Below are positions 10,702-21,344 of a stretch of DNA of 64,000 nucleotides, one piece after another. Below the pieces are notes generated by a model. It searched no databases and had not been told where the DNA came from. It was given only the letters and a program-made list of their open reading frames with translations. This DNA is from Eledone cirrhosa (Eukaryota). Positions within the stretch are counted from its first letter, which is position 1. Every line of letters begins with the position of its first letter. A program made the translations under genes and the position numbers. The DNA is taken from the NCBI GenBank assembly GCA_964016885.1, contig OZ024741.1, positions 56,358,001 through 56,422,000 on the forward strand, read 5' to 3'.

Positions 10702-12780
10702 ATGGCTACGAAAAAGAAATTTCATACGTCACTCCCACTCATTCCGTCTTCTTCTTCCTCAATCATCACTACAGCAGAGAGAAGATTGTCTCTCTCCCTC
10801 CCTTCTTTAAATGTGTCTCTCTCCCTCCCTTCTCTTTCGCAAGTGACGAAAGAAAAGAAAAGTCTCGTGCAAAGCGTGCAAAGTTTCTCCACGACGACGA
10901 CGACAGCGACGAAACAGGTGTGCGGGAAATACGAAAACCCAGTTCATTCGTCTGACGTCAGGAATAATAGCAGTAGCAGCCGTAATAACAACAGCAACAG
11001 TGACAATGAAAACAACAGTAGCAGCCGCAACAGCATCACCAGCAGCATAAACAACAACAGCATTAGCAGCAGCAACACCAACAACAACCACAGCAACAGC
11101 GGCGGAGGCAGTAGTCGTAGTACCTGCAGCAACAACAAAAGTACCAGCAGCTCTGACGACAACAACAACAGCAGAGAAAAACCAATCTCATTTGCAGGTA
11201 TTGCGAAAAACTTGGAAACAATCCTCATAACAAATGAGGAATTAGAGGAAGCGAAGAAGATGGTTACAAAGAACGGACACCGAGCAATCTGCAAGGCAGC
11301 GGAAAAATTTTTCGAAACCCAAGAGCACTGTACGGTCACGTACCGTACAGTAAGTACAAAATCCCGTAGGGTGGAAAGAGCCACAGAGGCCCAAATACAA
11401 AAAGCCTTGGGGTCTGTGTGGCAGCGGAAAACGCACATCACCCGAGGCAAAAAATATGCCACCGTAGACGTACTTTTTGCCACACCCCAGGAGGCAAAGG
11501 CCCAATCAGTAGTGACCCTAAGGAGCGAGGAAATGGTGTTGGTGCCCTCCTACTGTGGGCAAAAAATTGTGAGGGTCAAACTAACCCACGTCCCCCCCGG
11601 AATGACCCCTTCTTAGCTGGCCGCGTCTGTCCTCGTCGGAATCGAGGACAAAACAACTGTACTGCAAGTACAGAAAAAAGTAAGAGAAGATTGGGTCGGC
11701 TCCTCCATTGAGATGCTAATCCAAACCAACCAGGAGTGCATCGAAGCTATCCCGGATGTGATAGACTTCGATAACGGCACTCAACTGCCCATAAGTGTTG
11801 AGGGCAAACGCCCGAAATGCTTTCGCTGTGGATCGAAGACTCACCTCAGGGCCTTCTGCAACGAGAAGACCCTGAGAAAGGAGAAAACCCCCCTCCTTCC
11901 GAATCCGGCTCCACGGCTACCAGCAACAGGACAAGCGGCAACCAGGAACGATAGGTCCGTGGCACCCATACCCACTCCACGGAAATCAAAAACAGCAGCA
12001 GCAGTGGAAATATTAACAACAACAACAGCAATACCAAATGCAGCTGCAACAGAGACTCCAGTGCAAACATCACCAACAACAAGTGAAAGAGTGGAGCTGG
12101 TACCCCTCCCCGACCTCACAGAATCAGACATGGAGTGTGAGGTGGGAGAGGGATGGCAAAAGGTCGTAAGAAGGCACAAACGCAGAAGCAGCGCATCGTC
12201 GCCTTTGAAAAGGGAGGAAAGAAATGAGAAAAGGGTAAAGTCTACTGCAAAGAGACCCACAGCAGCAACAACACCAACACCATCACCACCCACACTAGCA
12301 CCACCATCACCACCGCCAACAACACCTTTAACACCACCACCACAAGCACCAACATCGCAAACACAACAACAAAACACACACACCCAGCAACAACGACAAG
12401 AAAATAGTAGAACCACACCCCACCCCCAGAAAAACAAATGCACGGCAATAAATACACACAACAAGAAACTAATGACTTACATAATTGAACACACAGACAT
12501 TTCACAACAGGACTACATAATACCAGCACCAATCAAAACGCCAACTAACATAAGACTGCTAAAAATAGCACAGAAACAATACACAAACATTAAAATGAAA
12601 TTCCCCAACGCAGTTGGTGATTTCAGGGACCTAGGAGGAACCATCAATCGAAGAGTATACTCAGACATTCTCTTAGAAGAGCCGACGACCAGCCGAAGGG
12701 ACGATTCAACGGTCCCTTCACCAGACGATCAAGTGAAAAGGGATGTAAAAACCATCCCTCCTCTACCAAAAGTACGGTAA
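10702..12780 (+). pseudogene. Tx1 ORF1 (nucleic-acid-binding, CCHC knuckle) with a single in-frame TAG at 11614-11616
   Basis: ORFs 10702-11616 and 11713-12780 are in the same frame; copy 1 has TGG (Trp) at the homologous codon; CFRCGSKTHLRAFC knuckle. Confidence 0.88.
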
Positions 12781-12815
12781 GTGGTCTTTCCCATCTTTTC
12801 CACTCTATTTTAAAC

Positions 12816-15800
12816 ATGACCTCACTCAGAATAGGCAGCATAAATGCGCGTGGCTTGGGGTCGTCATGGAAGCAGGGTCACCTGCTCAACGACCTCAGGT
12901 CACTAAACATAGATGTAGTGGCCATCAGCGAGACCAGAATCTCCGAAGCACGGGCTTTCGCACCGATCTTCGGCGGCTACGATGTGTACGCATCTCCCAG
13001 CCGTCCTGGATCGGGTGGAGGAGTTGCTGTGCTTTTTCGGAGAGGTTTGGATCTCGCCATACGGGCCATCTTCCTGGACCCAGAGTGTAAGCTGGTGGTG
13101 CTGGACGTGACCAGCGGAGACAGGCAAGCTTTCAGGCTAGTGGCCGTCTATGCCCCGACAGGAGCAGGGCGGCCTGATTTCTTCCGGCGTCTGGAGACCT
13201 TTCTTGGAACGTCCCGCTCTTTAGTGTTAGTGGGCGACTGGAACGGGATCTTAGATGCACGCTGGGACTGTGTGGGATTAGCGGATAGGGGTGGAGGGTG
13301 CAAGAGCCTCACCAACCTGCTCAGGCGTTTTGAACTGTCTGACAGGTACCGATTGGATTTCCCGAATGTGCCAATGTGGACTTGGACAAACCGTATAGGG
13401 TCATCCAGATCATATCTAGATAGAGTATTTTGTAGGGAAATAGATAGGTCTAGCATAGGCTGTCCACAATTCAAGATAGTCAGCTACACGGACCACAAAT
13501 TCGTGACCTGTGTGCTTGACTTAGATAGGCTTCATAGACGAGGACCCGGCTACTGGAAGCTAAACGCGTCCTTACCAGCGCGCAAGGCCTACAGAGACCG
13601 GATTAGCGAACTAGTTAAGCGGGCGTTGACGGGGGCCATCGTCAACAACAAGTGGTGGTTTGCTCTGAAAAGAGCGATTAGAATAGAATCGATTAGGTTT
13701 AGTAAGGCTTTAGCAATAGAGAAAAATAGAGCAGAGGGAGAACTAGTTAAAAAATTAGACGAGGCGCTTAGCAAAGGCATTGCGACCGACGTGCTTGCGG
13801 CGAAATTGGCCCTTGACCAATTCTTCAATGCAAATCACGAAGGCTGCGTTGTCAGAGCTAGGGTGCGTGCTCTCAGACACGAGGGGACGAAAGCCGTTCA
13901 ATGGGCCCGAGTGGCGGAGGCGCGTCGTGGCAACAAAGCCACGATCCGGTCTTTGGTGGACCACGACGGGCGCATGCTACTCGATCCCGGGCAAATGTGT
14001 GAAGCTTTTCAGCGACACTTCGCTCAGCTGTTCGGGGGCAGCGGGGGGCCGGGTAGAGGGATGGACTTTAGTGTCTACCTCGACGGACTGCCGCGGCTCT
14101 CGGCCACTGAGGCGAAGTGTTGCGAAAAGCCGATAACAGCCGCTGAAGTACGGGAGGCAATGACTGGCTGCACAAGGGGTAAATCGCCTGGTTTGGATGG
14201 TCTGCCCTATGAACTTTACGTACAGATGCCAGACTTGTTCGGAGGCCTCTTGGCGGACGTCTACTGCAACTGGCAACAGAACGGGAGAATTCCCAGTTCT
14301 GTGAGCCGAGGAGCGGTGGCACTGCTGAGAAAGGATCCGAACAAGGGGGATAACATAGACAATTTCCGGCCCATAACTCTGCTAAACACAGAGTTTAAGA
14401 TTTTGGCCAAGGTGCTAGCAAAGAGGTTGGCGCTTGTCGTTGGTGGTCTGGTGGGAGAGGCGCAGACATGCGCCATTCCCGACAGATCCATCCACGACAA
14501 CCTCCACCTCATGCGATACATCGTAGAGAGGGTAGCTAGGGAACCTGGCACGGGTGGGTCCTTGATCAATTTAGATCAGTCGAAAGCTTTCGATAGGGTT
14601 GACCATCGTTACCTAGCGGCAGTCCTGAGGGCGGCTGGCTTTGGGCCCGTCTTCAGAGGCTGGATCGCTGCCATGCACAGCGACATCTGCTCTGTGGTGA
14701 GAGTGAACGGTCACCTGTCGGAACCGTTCAACATCATGCGCTCGGTCCGCCAAGGATGTCCCCTCTCGTCCCTCTTGTACGTATTGACTCTCGAGCCATT
14801 ACTGCACAAACTGGAGACGTTGAGGGGAGTCCCGCGCGAACTAGGATGCGGAAGATCAGTGTCAGCATATGCGGACGATGTCACCGTAGTGGTGTCGAGC
14901 GCCAAACACATCGAGGCGATCGGCACTACACTAAGAGAATACGAAGCGGTGACAGGAGCAATGATCAACCAGGAAAAGTCAGTGGGCCTGCAGCTCGGCA
15001 CCTGGAGAGGCAGGTCCATGCCGTCCAACAGCGTCGTCGGACGCTGGACGGACGGACCGGTTAAATTGCTAGGGGTCTGGTTCGGTCCGGACCTCCAGAC
15101 GGACAAAAACTGGGACGAGGTGACGAGCAGGGTGGCTTCTCTCACCCAGAAATGGGCGGAGAGGAAGCTATCCCTGAAAGGTCGAGCGGAGGTGGCTAAC
15201 GCGTACATCGCGTCCGTCATCTGCTACCGTCTGACCGTCGTACCTTGTCCTAAGCCTCGCCTGACTGCGCTGGAGCGTTTGCTCTTTCGCTTTTTGTGGA
15301 AGGGACGCGCTCCGATGGTCAGGCGGTCCATCTGTTGTCAACACCCGCTACGTGGAGGGCTGGGCATGCCGTGGCTGATGATGCGCAGGCACGCGCTCAG
15401 GCTACGACATCTCCACCTCTTCCTCGACGGTGATCAGGTGTGGTCGCCGTTTGCTAGGCGCGTGTTTCCCCAGCTCGTTTCCTTGACGGAGCTGCAGTCC
15501 TGGGTCAAGCGAAGACCGAGAGGGAGCGCCTGGAGACTGGAATGTCTTCAGGCGCTCACAGCCCTCGACCAATCGGGCAATGTGATCGGTGGAAACTCCA
15601 CCTCGGCGTTCTATAGAGGATTAGTGGAGGGGAAGAGCGATGACGTACTTGGGGAAACTCTAGGCGTCGACGAAAATCAACTAGCCAATCTCTTCGGAAG
15701 AACTTTCGGGCCAGGGCCTATGGACAACTTCCAGAAATCTCTGGCCTGGCAGTGCTACCGAGGAGCCTTGCCAGTTCGGGATAAACTCTACAGGCATGGA

Positions 15801-16235
15801 GGTGCCGTCAGCCGGGCATGTCCGAGATGCGCGCAGGGCGACGAAACCGTCCTGCACGCACTCGTCCAGTGTCCGAAAATTGCTGACTTGTGGGTTTATG
15901 TCGAACACCTGCTGTCGCGTTTAGGACGGATCCAGCTATCATCTGAGTCCATCGTGAGGATTGCCCCGCCCTCCTCCTTTAGCCGGGAAGGGCAGGCAGT
16001 TTTTATCTGTCTGGTGGCCATGGCGAAAGAGATAGTATGGTGGACACGTTTGAAAGGGCTGAAGACGAGCACTTACCTCTTCGGTGATGCTCTGATTGAC
16101 TTTTTCAAATTTCATTTGAAAAGGAAAATCAGAGTAGAGAGGGAAGTGCTCTCTTCCCAGCATTTTGTTGAAAGATGGGTGAGAGAAGCAAGAATGGCCC
16201 GAGTGAATGGGCCTACTCTGAGTATATATCTGTAA
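12816..16235 (+). CDS. Tx1 ORF2, intact APE endonuclease-reverse transcriptase-zinc-binding protein, 1139 aa
   Basis: INARGL, AISET, VYAP, GDWN, SYLDR, TDH; KSPGLDGLP, LDQSKAFDRV, VRQGCPLS, YADD; CPRC..ETVLHALVQC. Confidence 0.95.
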   Translation: MTSLRIGSINARGLGSSWKQGHLLNDLRSLNIDVVAISETRISEARAFAPIFGGYDVYASPSRPGSGGGVAVLFRRGLDLAIRAIFLDPECKLVVLDVTSGDRQAFRLVAVYAPTGAGRPDFFRRLETFLGTSRSLVLVGDWNGILDARWDCVGLADRGGGCKSLTNLLRRFELSDRYRLDFPNVPMWTWTNRIGSSRSYLDRVFCREIDRSSIGCPQFKIVSYTDHKFVTCVLDLDRLHRRGPGYWKLNASLPARKAYRDRISELVKRALTGAIVNNKWWFALKRAIRIESIRFSKALAIEKNRAEGELVKKLDEALSKGIATDVLAAKLALDQFFNANHEGCVVRARVRALRHEGTKAVQWARVAEARRGNKATIRSLVDHDGRMLLDPGQMCEAFQRHFAQLFGGSGGPGRGMDFSVYLDGLPRLSATEAKCCEKPITAAEVREAMTGCTRGKSPGLDGLPYELYVQMPDLFGGLLADVYCNWQQNGRIPSSVSRGAVALLRKDPNKGDNIDNFRPITLLNTEFKILAKVLAKRLALVVGGLVGEAQTCAIPDRSIHDNLHLMRYIVERVAREPGTGGSLINLDQSKAFDRVDHRYLAAVLRAAGFGPVFRGWIAAMHSDICSVVRVNGHLSEPFNIMRSVRQGCPLSSLLYVLTLEPLLHKLETLRGVPRELGCGRSVSAYADDVTVVVSSAKHIEAIGTTLREYEAVTGAMINQEKSVGLQLGTWRGRSMPSNSVVGRWTDGPVKLLGVWFGPDLQTDKNWDEVTSRVASLTQKWAERKLSLKGRAEVANAYIASVICYRLTVVPCPKPRLTALERLLFRFLWKGRAPMVRRSICCQHPLRGGLGMPWLMMRRHALRLRHLHLFLDGDQVWSPFARRVFPQLVSLTELQSWVKRRPRGSAWRLECLQALTALDQSGNVIGGNSTSAFYRGLVEGKSDDVLGETLGVDENQLANLFGRTFGPGPMDNFQKSLAWQCYRGALPVRDKLYRHGGAVSRACPRCAQGDETVLHALVQCPKIADLWVYVEHLLSRLGRIQLSSESIVRIAPPSSFSREGQAVFICLVAMAKEIVWWTRLKGLKTSTYLFGDALIDFFKFHLKRKIRVEREVLSSQHFVERWVREARMARVNGPTLSIYL

Positions 16236-16494
16236 ATTAAAGGTGGAAAACTGGGAGAGGGCACTTGCCTTGGTGGTCAGGGTCATTGTGGCTTTTTACT
16301 GGGCTTTCTCCACAAATGTCCCTCCGAAGTCTCCCCCCTATTGGGGAATTTTTCATTGTTATTTTCATTGTTATTTTTGTTACATCCTCTGTTTTTGTTT
16401 TTTACACGCAGAAATGCCCATTTGTACCGTCCTGCATTGTCCTGCACTGTCCTTAATGTCTACTTTATGTAAACCCTTGTGGTTAATAAAGAAA

Positions 16495-16535
<41 letters not shown>

Positions 16536-17164
16536 TTCTTCTCCTTACTCAACGTTTCATTATTTCTCTGCCGTCATTTGAATGGTTAGATGTCAAGCTA
16601 TCTAACCTCTTCCACTCTTCTTGCTGTGCCAAGCAAACAAGTCTTCTATAGAGTCAAGAAATTCAACTCTATATGCAATATCTTTAACCGGCCATTCAAA
16701 TTTCTCGCCTCTGACCCTAAGACTCCTAGTGAAAGCCCCTGTGTGGTTGTTTGATGTGCTAGAAATAGCAACTTAGTATTCCCCAATTATACCATACATA
16801 CCAATTCAAACATTGTGTAGTTGCATTACCTTTTCTTGGAAAGCTTGAATTAAATACTACACAAACCTGTGTAATTGTGTTGTTTAGATCGAGCATCCTT
16901 ATCAAGCACTATTTGTCAATTATATCAACCCCAGTACTTTAAAGTACCTGTAAAATACTGGGGGCAATATAATCGACTTGAACAAATTGCTGGCTTTGTG
17001 CTTAAATTAGAAATCTATAATAATTATTATTATTATTTTGCTTGCAGGGAAGAGATGGTGCCCTCCTGAGCCTCCTCATCCACTATTTTTATAAAAGGTA
17101 TTTCTATGAGAAAGGGTTTAACTAAGAACCCATCATCTAACCTATCAAATTCCTTATTTTTCAG

Positions 17165-17299
17165 AATGCTACCCGAGTGATTCTCTTGACAGGTACTCCT
17201 GCTCTGTCTCGTCCATCAGAGCTTTACACACAGATTGTTGGGGTGCTTCAACAAATGAATTTCAATGAATATGGTATACGCTACTGTGATGGCAAAAAG
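17165..17299 (+). CDS. SMARCAL1: SMARCAL1 internal exon (helicase motif III region)
   Basis: ttttcag|...|gtaag; translates NATRVILLTGTPALSRPSELYTQIVGVLQQMNFNEYGIRYCDGKK, matching SMARCAL1 [20 protein letters not shown]...RYCD; phase 0/0. Confidence 0.93.
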
Positions 17300-17449
17300 G
17301 TAAGGGTCATGAGGTATGTTTATGAAAGTGGGGTTCCACATTAGGACCTTTCCTTCATTAGTAGCCTTTGAAGTTGAGAGGACTCTTCAATCATGACACC
17401 TCTCTAATGCTGGTGCAATGATAAAACACATCCAGTACTCTCTTGGAAG

Positions 17450-17890
17450 TGGTTGGTGATAGGAAGAGTATCAAGCTATAGAAATCATGCCATAAAAGGG
17501 TTGAGAGGACTCTTTGGTTGTGTCAAGGACACAAGTTGTCTAATGTTGGTGACACAATAAAACACGCCCAGAACACACTAAAATAGCTGGTGATAGGAAG
17601 AGTATCAAGCTGTATAAATCATGCCATAAAAGGGTTGAGAGGACTCTTTGGTTGTGTCAAGGACACAAGTTGTCTAATGTTGGTGACACAATAAAACACG
17701 CCCAGAACACACTAAAATAGCTGGTGATAGGAAGAGTATCAAGCTGTATAAATCATGCCATAAAAGGGTTGAGAGGACTCTTTGGTTGTGTCAAGGACAC
17801 AAAGTTGTCTGGTGTTGGTGATACAATAAAACACGCCCAGAACACACTAAAATAGCTGGTGATAGGAAGGGTGTCAAGTTGTAGAAGCCA
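17450..17890 (+). repeat. Tandem repeat, 134-bp unit, about 3 near-identical copies, derived from RTE-tail-type repeat
   Basis: cataaaagggttgagaggactc recurs at 17491, 17625 and 17759. Confidence 0.9.
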
Positions 17891-18334
17891 TGCAGTGTTG
17901 GTGACATGTAGAAACTATGTTAGTGTTGGTGACACAAAAAATGTACCCAGTACACTTTGTAAAGTGGTTGGTGATATGAAGGGCATCCAGCCATAGAAAA
18001 CTTGTCAAACAAAGGGTAAATTTAAACTGCAAAATGCAACTGTAGATTATGTATAGATAGATATAATCATCATCATCATCATTTAACGTCTATCTTCCAT
18101 GCTAGCATGGGTTAGACGTATATTTGTGTGAACCTTTTGGATTGAACATTTAAAAAAAGTCAAATCAAAAAGATTTAAATATAAAAACTAAACTGACATA
18201 GACATGACAGTCCTCCACGGTCATATCATACACAAGAACTGCCTGGCACTGTCACTTTTTGAAGTTGTCTATGCTGTGTTCTGCTAACTCTTGCTGATAG
18301 GGAAAATGGTTATTAAATGATGATAATATTTATT

Positions 18335-18842
18335 AGTATCGGTAGAGGGTCGGACGCTATGGTTTCCAGCATAGTTACGTCCCTTTACGGTCTGAGTTCA
18401 AATCCCGCCGAGGTTAACTTTGCCTTTCATCCTTATGGGGGTCGATAAAATAAAGTACCAGTAATGCACTGGGATAATTGTTGGCCGTGTGCCAAAAGTA
18501 GAAACAATTATTTGGGCTTTCAAATTTAAACTTGTTTAAATTTGTATTTCTTATTCCACAATGCTTCAAGCAAACTACTAGCATCAGAAACAGGGTTTTA
18601 TTTAAATACAAAGCAATACAGTATATTATATGGTGGATTAGAATCATTTCAATATTGAACAAAGGGATTTGTGGCATTTGTTTCAGCTCTCTACATTCTG
18701 AGTTCAAATCTCTCTGAGGTTAACTTTCTCTTTCATCCTTCTGGGGTTGATAAAATAAAGTACTAGTCAAGTACTAGGGTTGATATAATCCCCCCACCCC
18801 AACAAAAATTGCTGGCCTTTTTCCTGAATTAGAAATCATTAT
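18335..18842 (+). mobile_element. Two SINE family A copies (~18335-18510 and ~18630-18842)
   Basis: B box gagttcaaatc and core domain present in both. Confidence 0.8.
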
Positions 18843-18877
18843 AGAGTTGAATAACAAAATATCTATTTCCTTTCCAG

Positions 18878-18957
18878 AATGCCTGGGGTTGGGACTTCAG
18901 TGGTAATTCTAATTTAACTGAACTACAGTTGTTTATGGAAGAAAAGGTTATGATCAG
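18878..18957 (+). CDS. SMARCAL1: SMARCAL1 internal exon
   Basis: tttccag|...|gtgag; NAWGWDFSGNSNLTELQLFMEEKVMI(R), matching SMARCAL1 WGWDYSGSSNLGEL; phase 0/2. Confidence 0.93.
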
Positions 18958-19659
18958 GTGAGTATCTGATGTATTTTCACTGTTGTTATTGTTACTGTAA
19001 AATCCTGAGGTAAGTACCATCACTATCTCTTGTTTTTTTGTCATTCTTTAACCCTTTAGTATTTAAACTGGCTGTATCTGGCCAGAATTATCCCAAAATA
19101 CAACACTATCATATCTATTATATATATACACACATACATGAATATATCATCATCATCTAATGTTTATCTTCCACGCTAGCATGGCTTAGACAAGTTTGTC
19201 CCATTTGATGTAAGTTTGGTCAGGTGACTGTGTTTTGCTCATATAGGACTGTTTCTGGTTGGTTTTCTACGGCTGGATGCCCTTCCTAATGCCAACCATA
19301 TTTACAGTGCTGGGTATTTTTTGCCATGTCTCCTACATGACCACTTTATAGTGTGGACTGGGTGCTTTTTCTCGTGACACCTACATATATATATATATAT
19401 ATATGAGATGTGAGTGTTTTAGAATTCGTAGGAAAATGGGAAGAAAACTTGGCATAAGGAAGCTGTTAAAACAGCAGAATGGCTTCAACGCAGTGTTGGG
19501 TAAAACATTACCTCAAAGGATAGAAATCAGCAGCTAGAAGTGAGTTGGCTTGAAGAATTGATAGGAAGAAAGGAGAAAGGAATAAAATGGATGAGAGATC
19601 ACAAACATTTAAATACACTCATCATCAGGCCACTTCCACTTACAGTGACATTATTCTTC

Positions 19660-20272
19660 CTTTCTTACGACGACATGAGGTCAAGTGGATGTACTTTATA
19701 TACTATAATAAATAGACTTGAGTCTATTTACTATAGTATTTATTTCTTTATTAATTTTATGGAGGTTTTCAATATTAGTTTTACAATAATTTTTATTCAG
19801 TTCCTTATATATGTAGGATTTATATGTGGGATAGTCAATGTTATATAGAATTTTAGTTTTATCCGCTAAGACAAATAAATTATTATTAAATTTGTAGTTC
19901 AAAACAGTAGAGTTGAGATTGTGTAAAAACGAGTTCATATATCTGTTATGTTGCCTAAATTTTATATTTCTGACCATGTTTATGAGGTCACATTCAAATT
20001 CATCCTGAAGAATATTATGTGGAGGGCTTCTGTATATCTTGAATCCATAAAGTTCTCTATTGGATTTTCCCTATTGTTGGACTCCATTAATGCATTTGCA
20101 ATGGTTGAAGGAGCACCATCTTATTATTTTTACAAATAAATTGACACTGTTAATTAAAAGTTTATGGTATGAGTCATCATCCGGTATCGGAATGTTCCAC
20201 AAACAATTATTAGTTAGTTTCTAGGGAAAATTCCTTGAATAACTGGGACTGCAAATTCAGCGGGTACACTGT
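19660..20272 (-). mobile_element. Penelope-like element remnant (N-terminal part of ORF)
   Basis: ORF 19696-19977 contains LFVLADKTKILY...Y.K...IN.E, resembling the ADKT-N-Y pre-RT motif of Penelope-like proteins; abuts (TA)n. Confidence 0.6.
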
Positions 20273-20391
20273 ATATATATATATATATATATCATCATCA
20301 TCATCACCGTTTAGTATCCATTTTTCCATGCTTGCATGGGTTAGACATACCTTGCTCCGATGGTGCTGTAAATTTGGCCGGGGATTTTATA

Positions 20392-20898
20392 TCTCTATAT
20401 ATAAAGTTGTATTCCTGTCTGTTTGTTTGTTTGTTCACAAACTACTCCTATGGTTTTGGAGATAGACCCCCATAACCATATATATTCTGAAACTACATTG
20501 CCCAGGGATAAGTTTATTTCATTTTAATCAAAGGTTTCCCTGGGGGCACAAAATCCCCGCTGAAAACCCCCACTGAAAATTTTTTCCCTTCGATTTATAT
20601 GAAATTTAAACCATAGGTAAATGACAAGATATGATGCCTATTCACAAAAGTTTTGAATCGATATTTAAAAAAAAATTATTTACAAGAAACAAAATAAGAA
20701 TAAGATTTAATAAGGTAATTTTGATTTGATATATTACAAAAAATAATGTTTTCCAATTTTTCATGCATTACATTTTACATTGAGTAATATTGAATACAGA
20801 GTTTTTTTGCATAAATTATATCACTGATTTAAAATCAATCATCATTTTCTTACAAAACGAATGTGTGAAACGCAGCAAGGTGTGGGTAATTCGGCTTG
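20392..20898 (+). mobile_element. Non-autonomous Helitron-like element
   Basis: A|TC start (tctctatatataaa), (GTTT/GTCT)n near the 5' end, subterminal GC-rich segment cgcagcaaggtgtggg and degenerate CTTG|T end. Confidence 0.55.
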
Positions 20899-21200
20899 TA
20901 TATATATATATTTATTTTTATATATATATATGTACAATATAGGTGATTAGAATGTAGTTCATTATTATTTTGGGTAAGGTGAGAGAAGCTGTGCACACAA
21001 AAATCCTCAGCTCATAAGGAGTTTAAAACAGACAAATAGGTCTTTGAAAGTTAAGCTTTTTGTTGTTGAGAAAAAAAACAGATATAAAATCATCATTGTG
21101 ATGACAAAAAACCCATTTTTGCTTCCAAATATAGTATATACTTTTGACATCTTGTCAGTATTTTGGCCGTGTTAATTAACTAATTAATTGTTAATTACAG

Positions 21201-21333
21201 ACGACTAAAGAAAGATGTTCTCAGGCAGCTGCCAGCCAAACGGAGGCAAGCCGTTCTATTAAACCCTAGTGCTATTAAAACTGATGCATCCATGAAGAAA
21301 ATCTCCTCTTTGGTACATAAATCAACATCAAGT
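21201..21333 (+). CDS. SMARCAL1: SMARCAL1 internal exon
   Basis: ttacag|...|gtaagt; (R)RLKKDVLRQLPAKRRQAVLLNPSAIKTDASMKKISSLVHKSTSS, SNF2 RRLKxDVLxQLPxK motif; phase 2/0. Confidence 0.93.
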
Positions 21334-21344
21334 GTAAGTAACAT

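Larger units (their letters stand above)
10488..16534 (+). mobile_element. L1/Tx1-clade LINE copy 2, full-length, near-intact
   Basis: 5'UTR, ORF1 with one premature stop, intact 1139-aa ORF2, pyrimidine-rich 3'UTR, AATAAA, (ATT)n tail; starts directly after the (ATT)n tail of copy 1. Confidence 0.93.

Noticed and set aside
17450-17890. Regularly spaced repeats resembling a CRISPR array
   Set aside because: Whole 134-bp units are duplicated with no unique spacers; eukaryotic intron; no cas genes.
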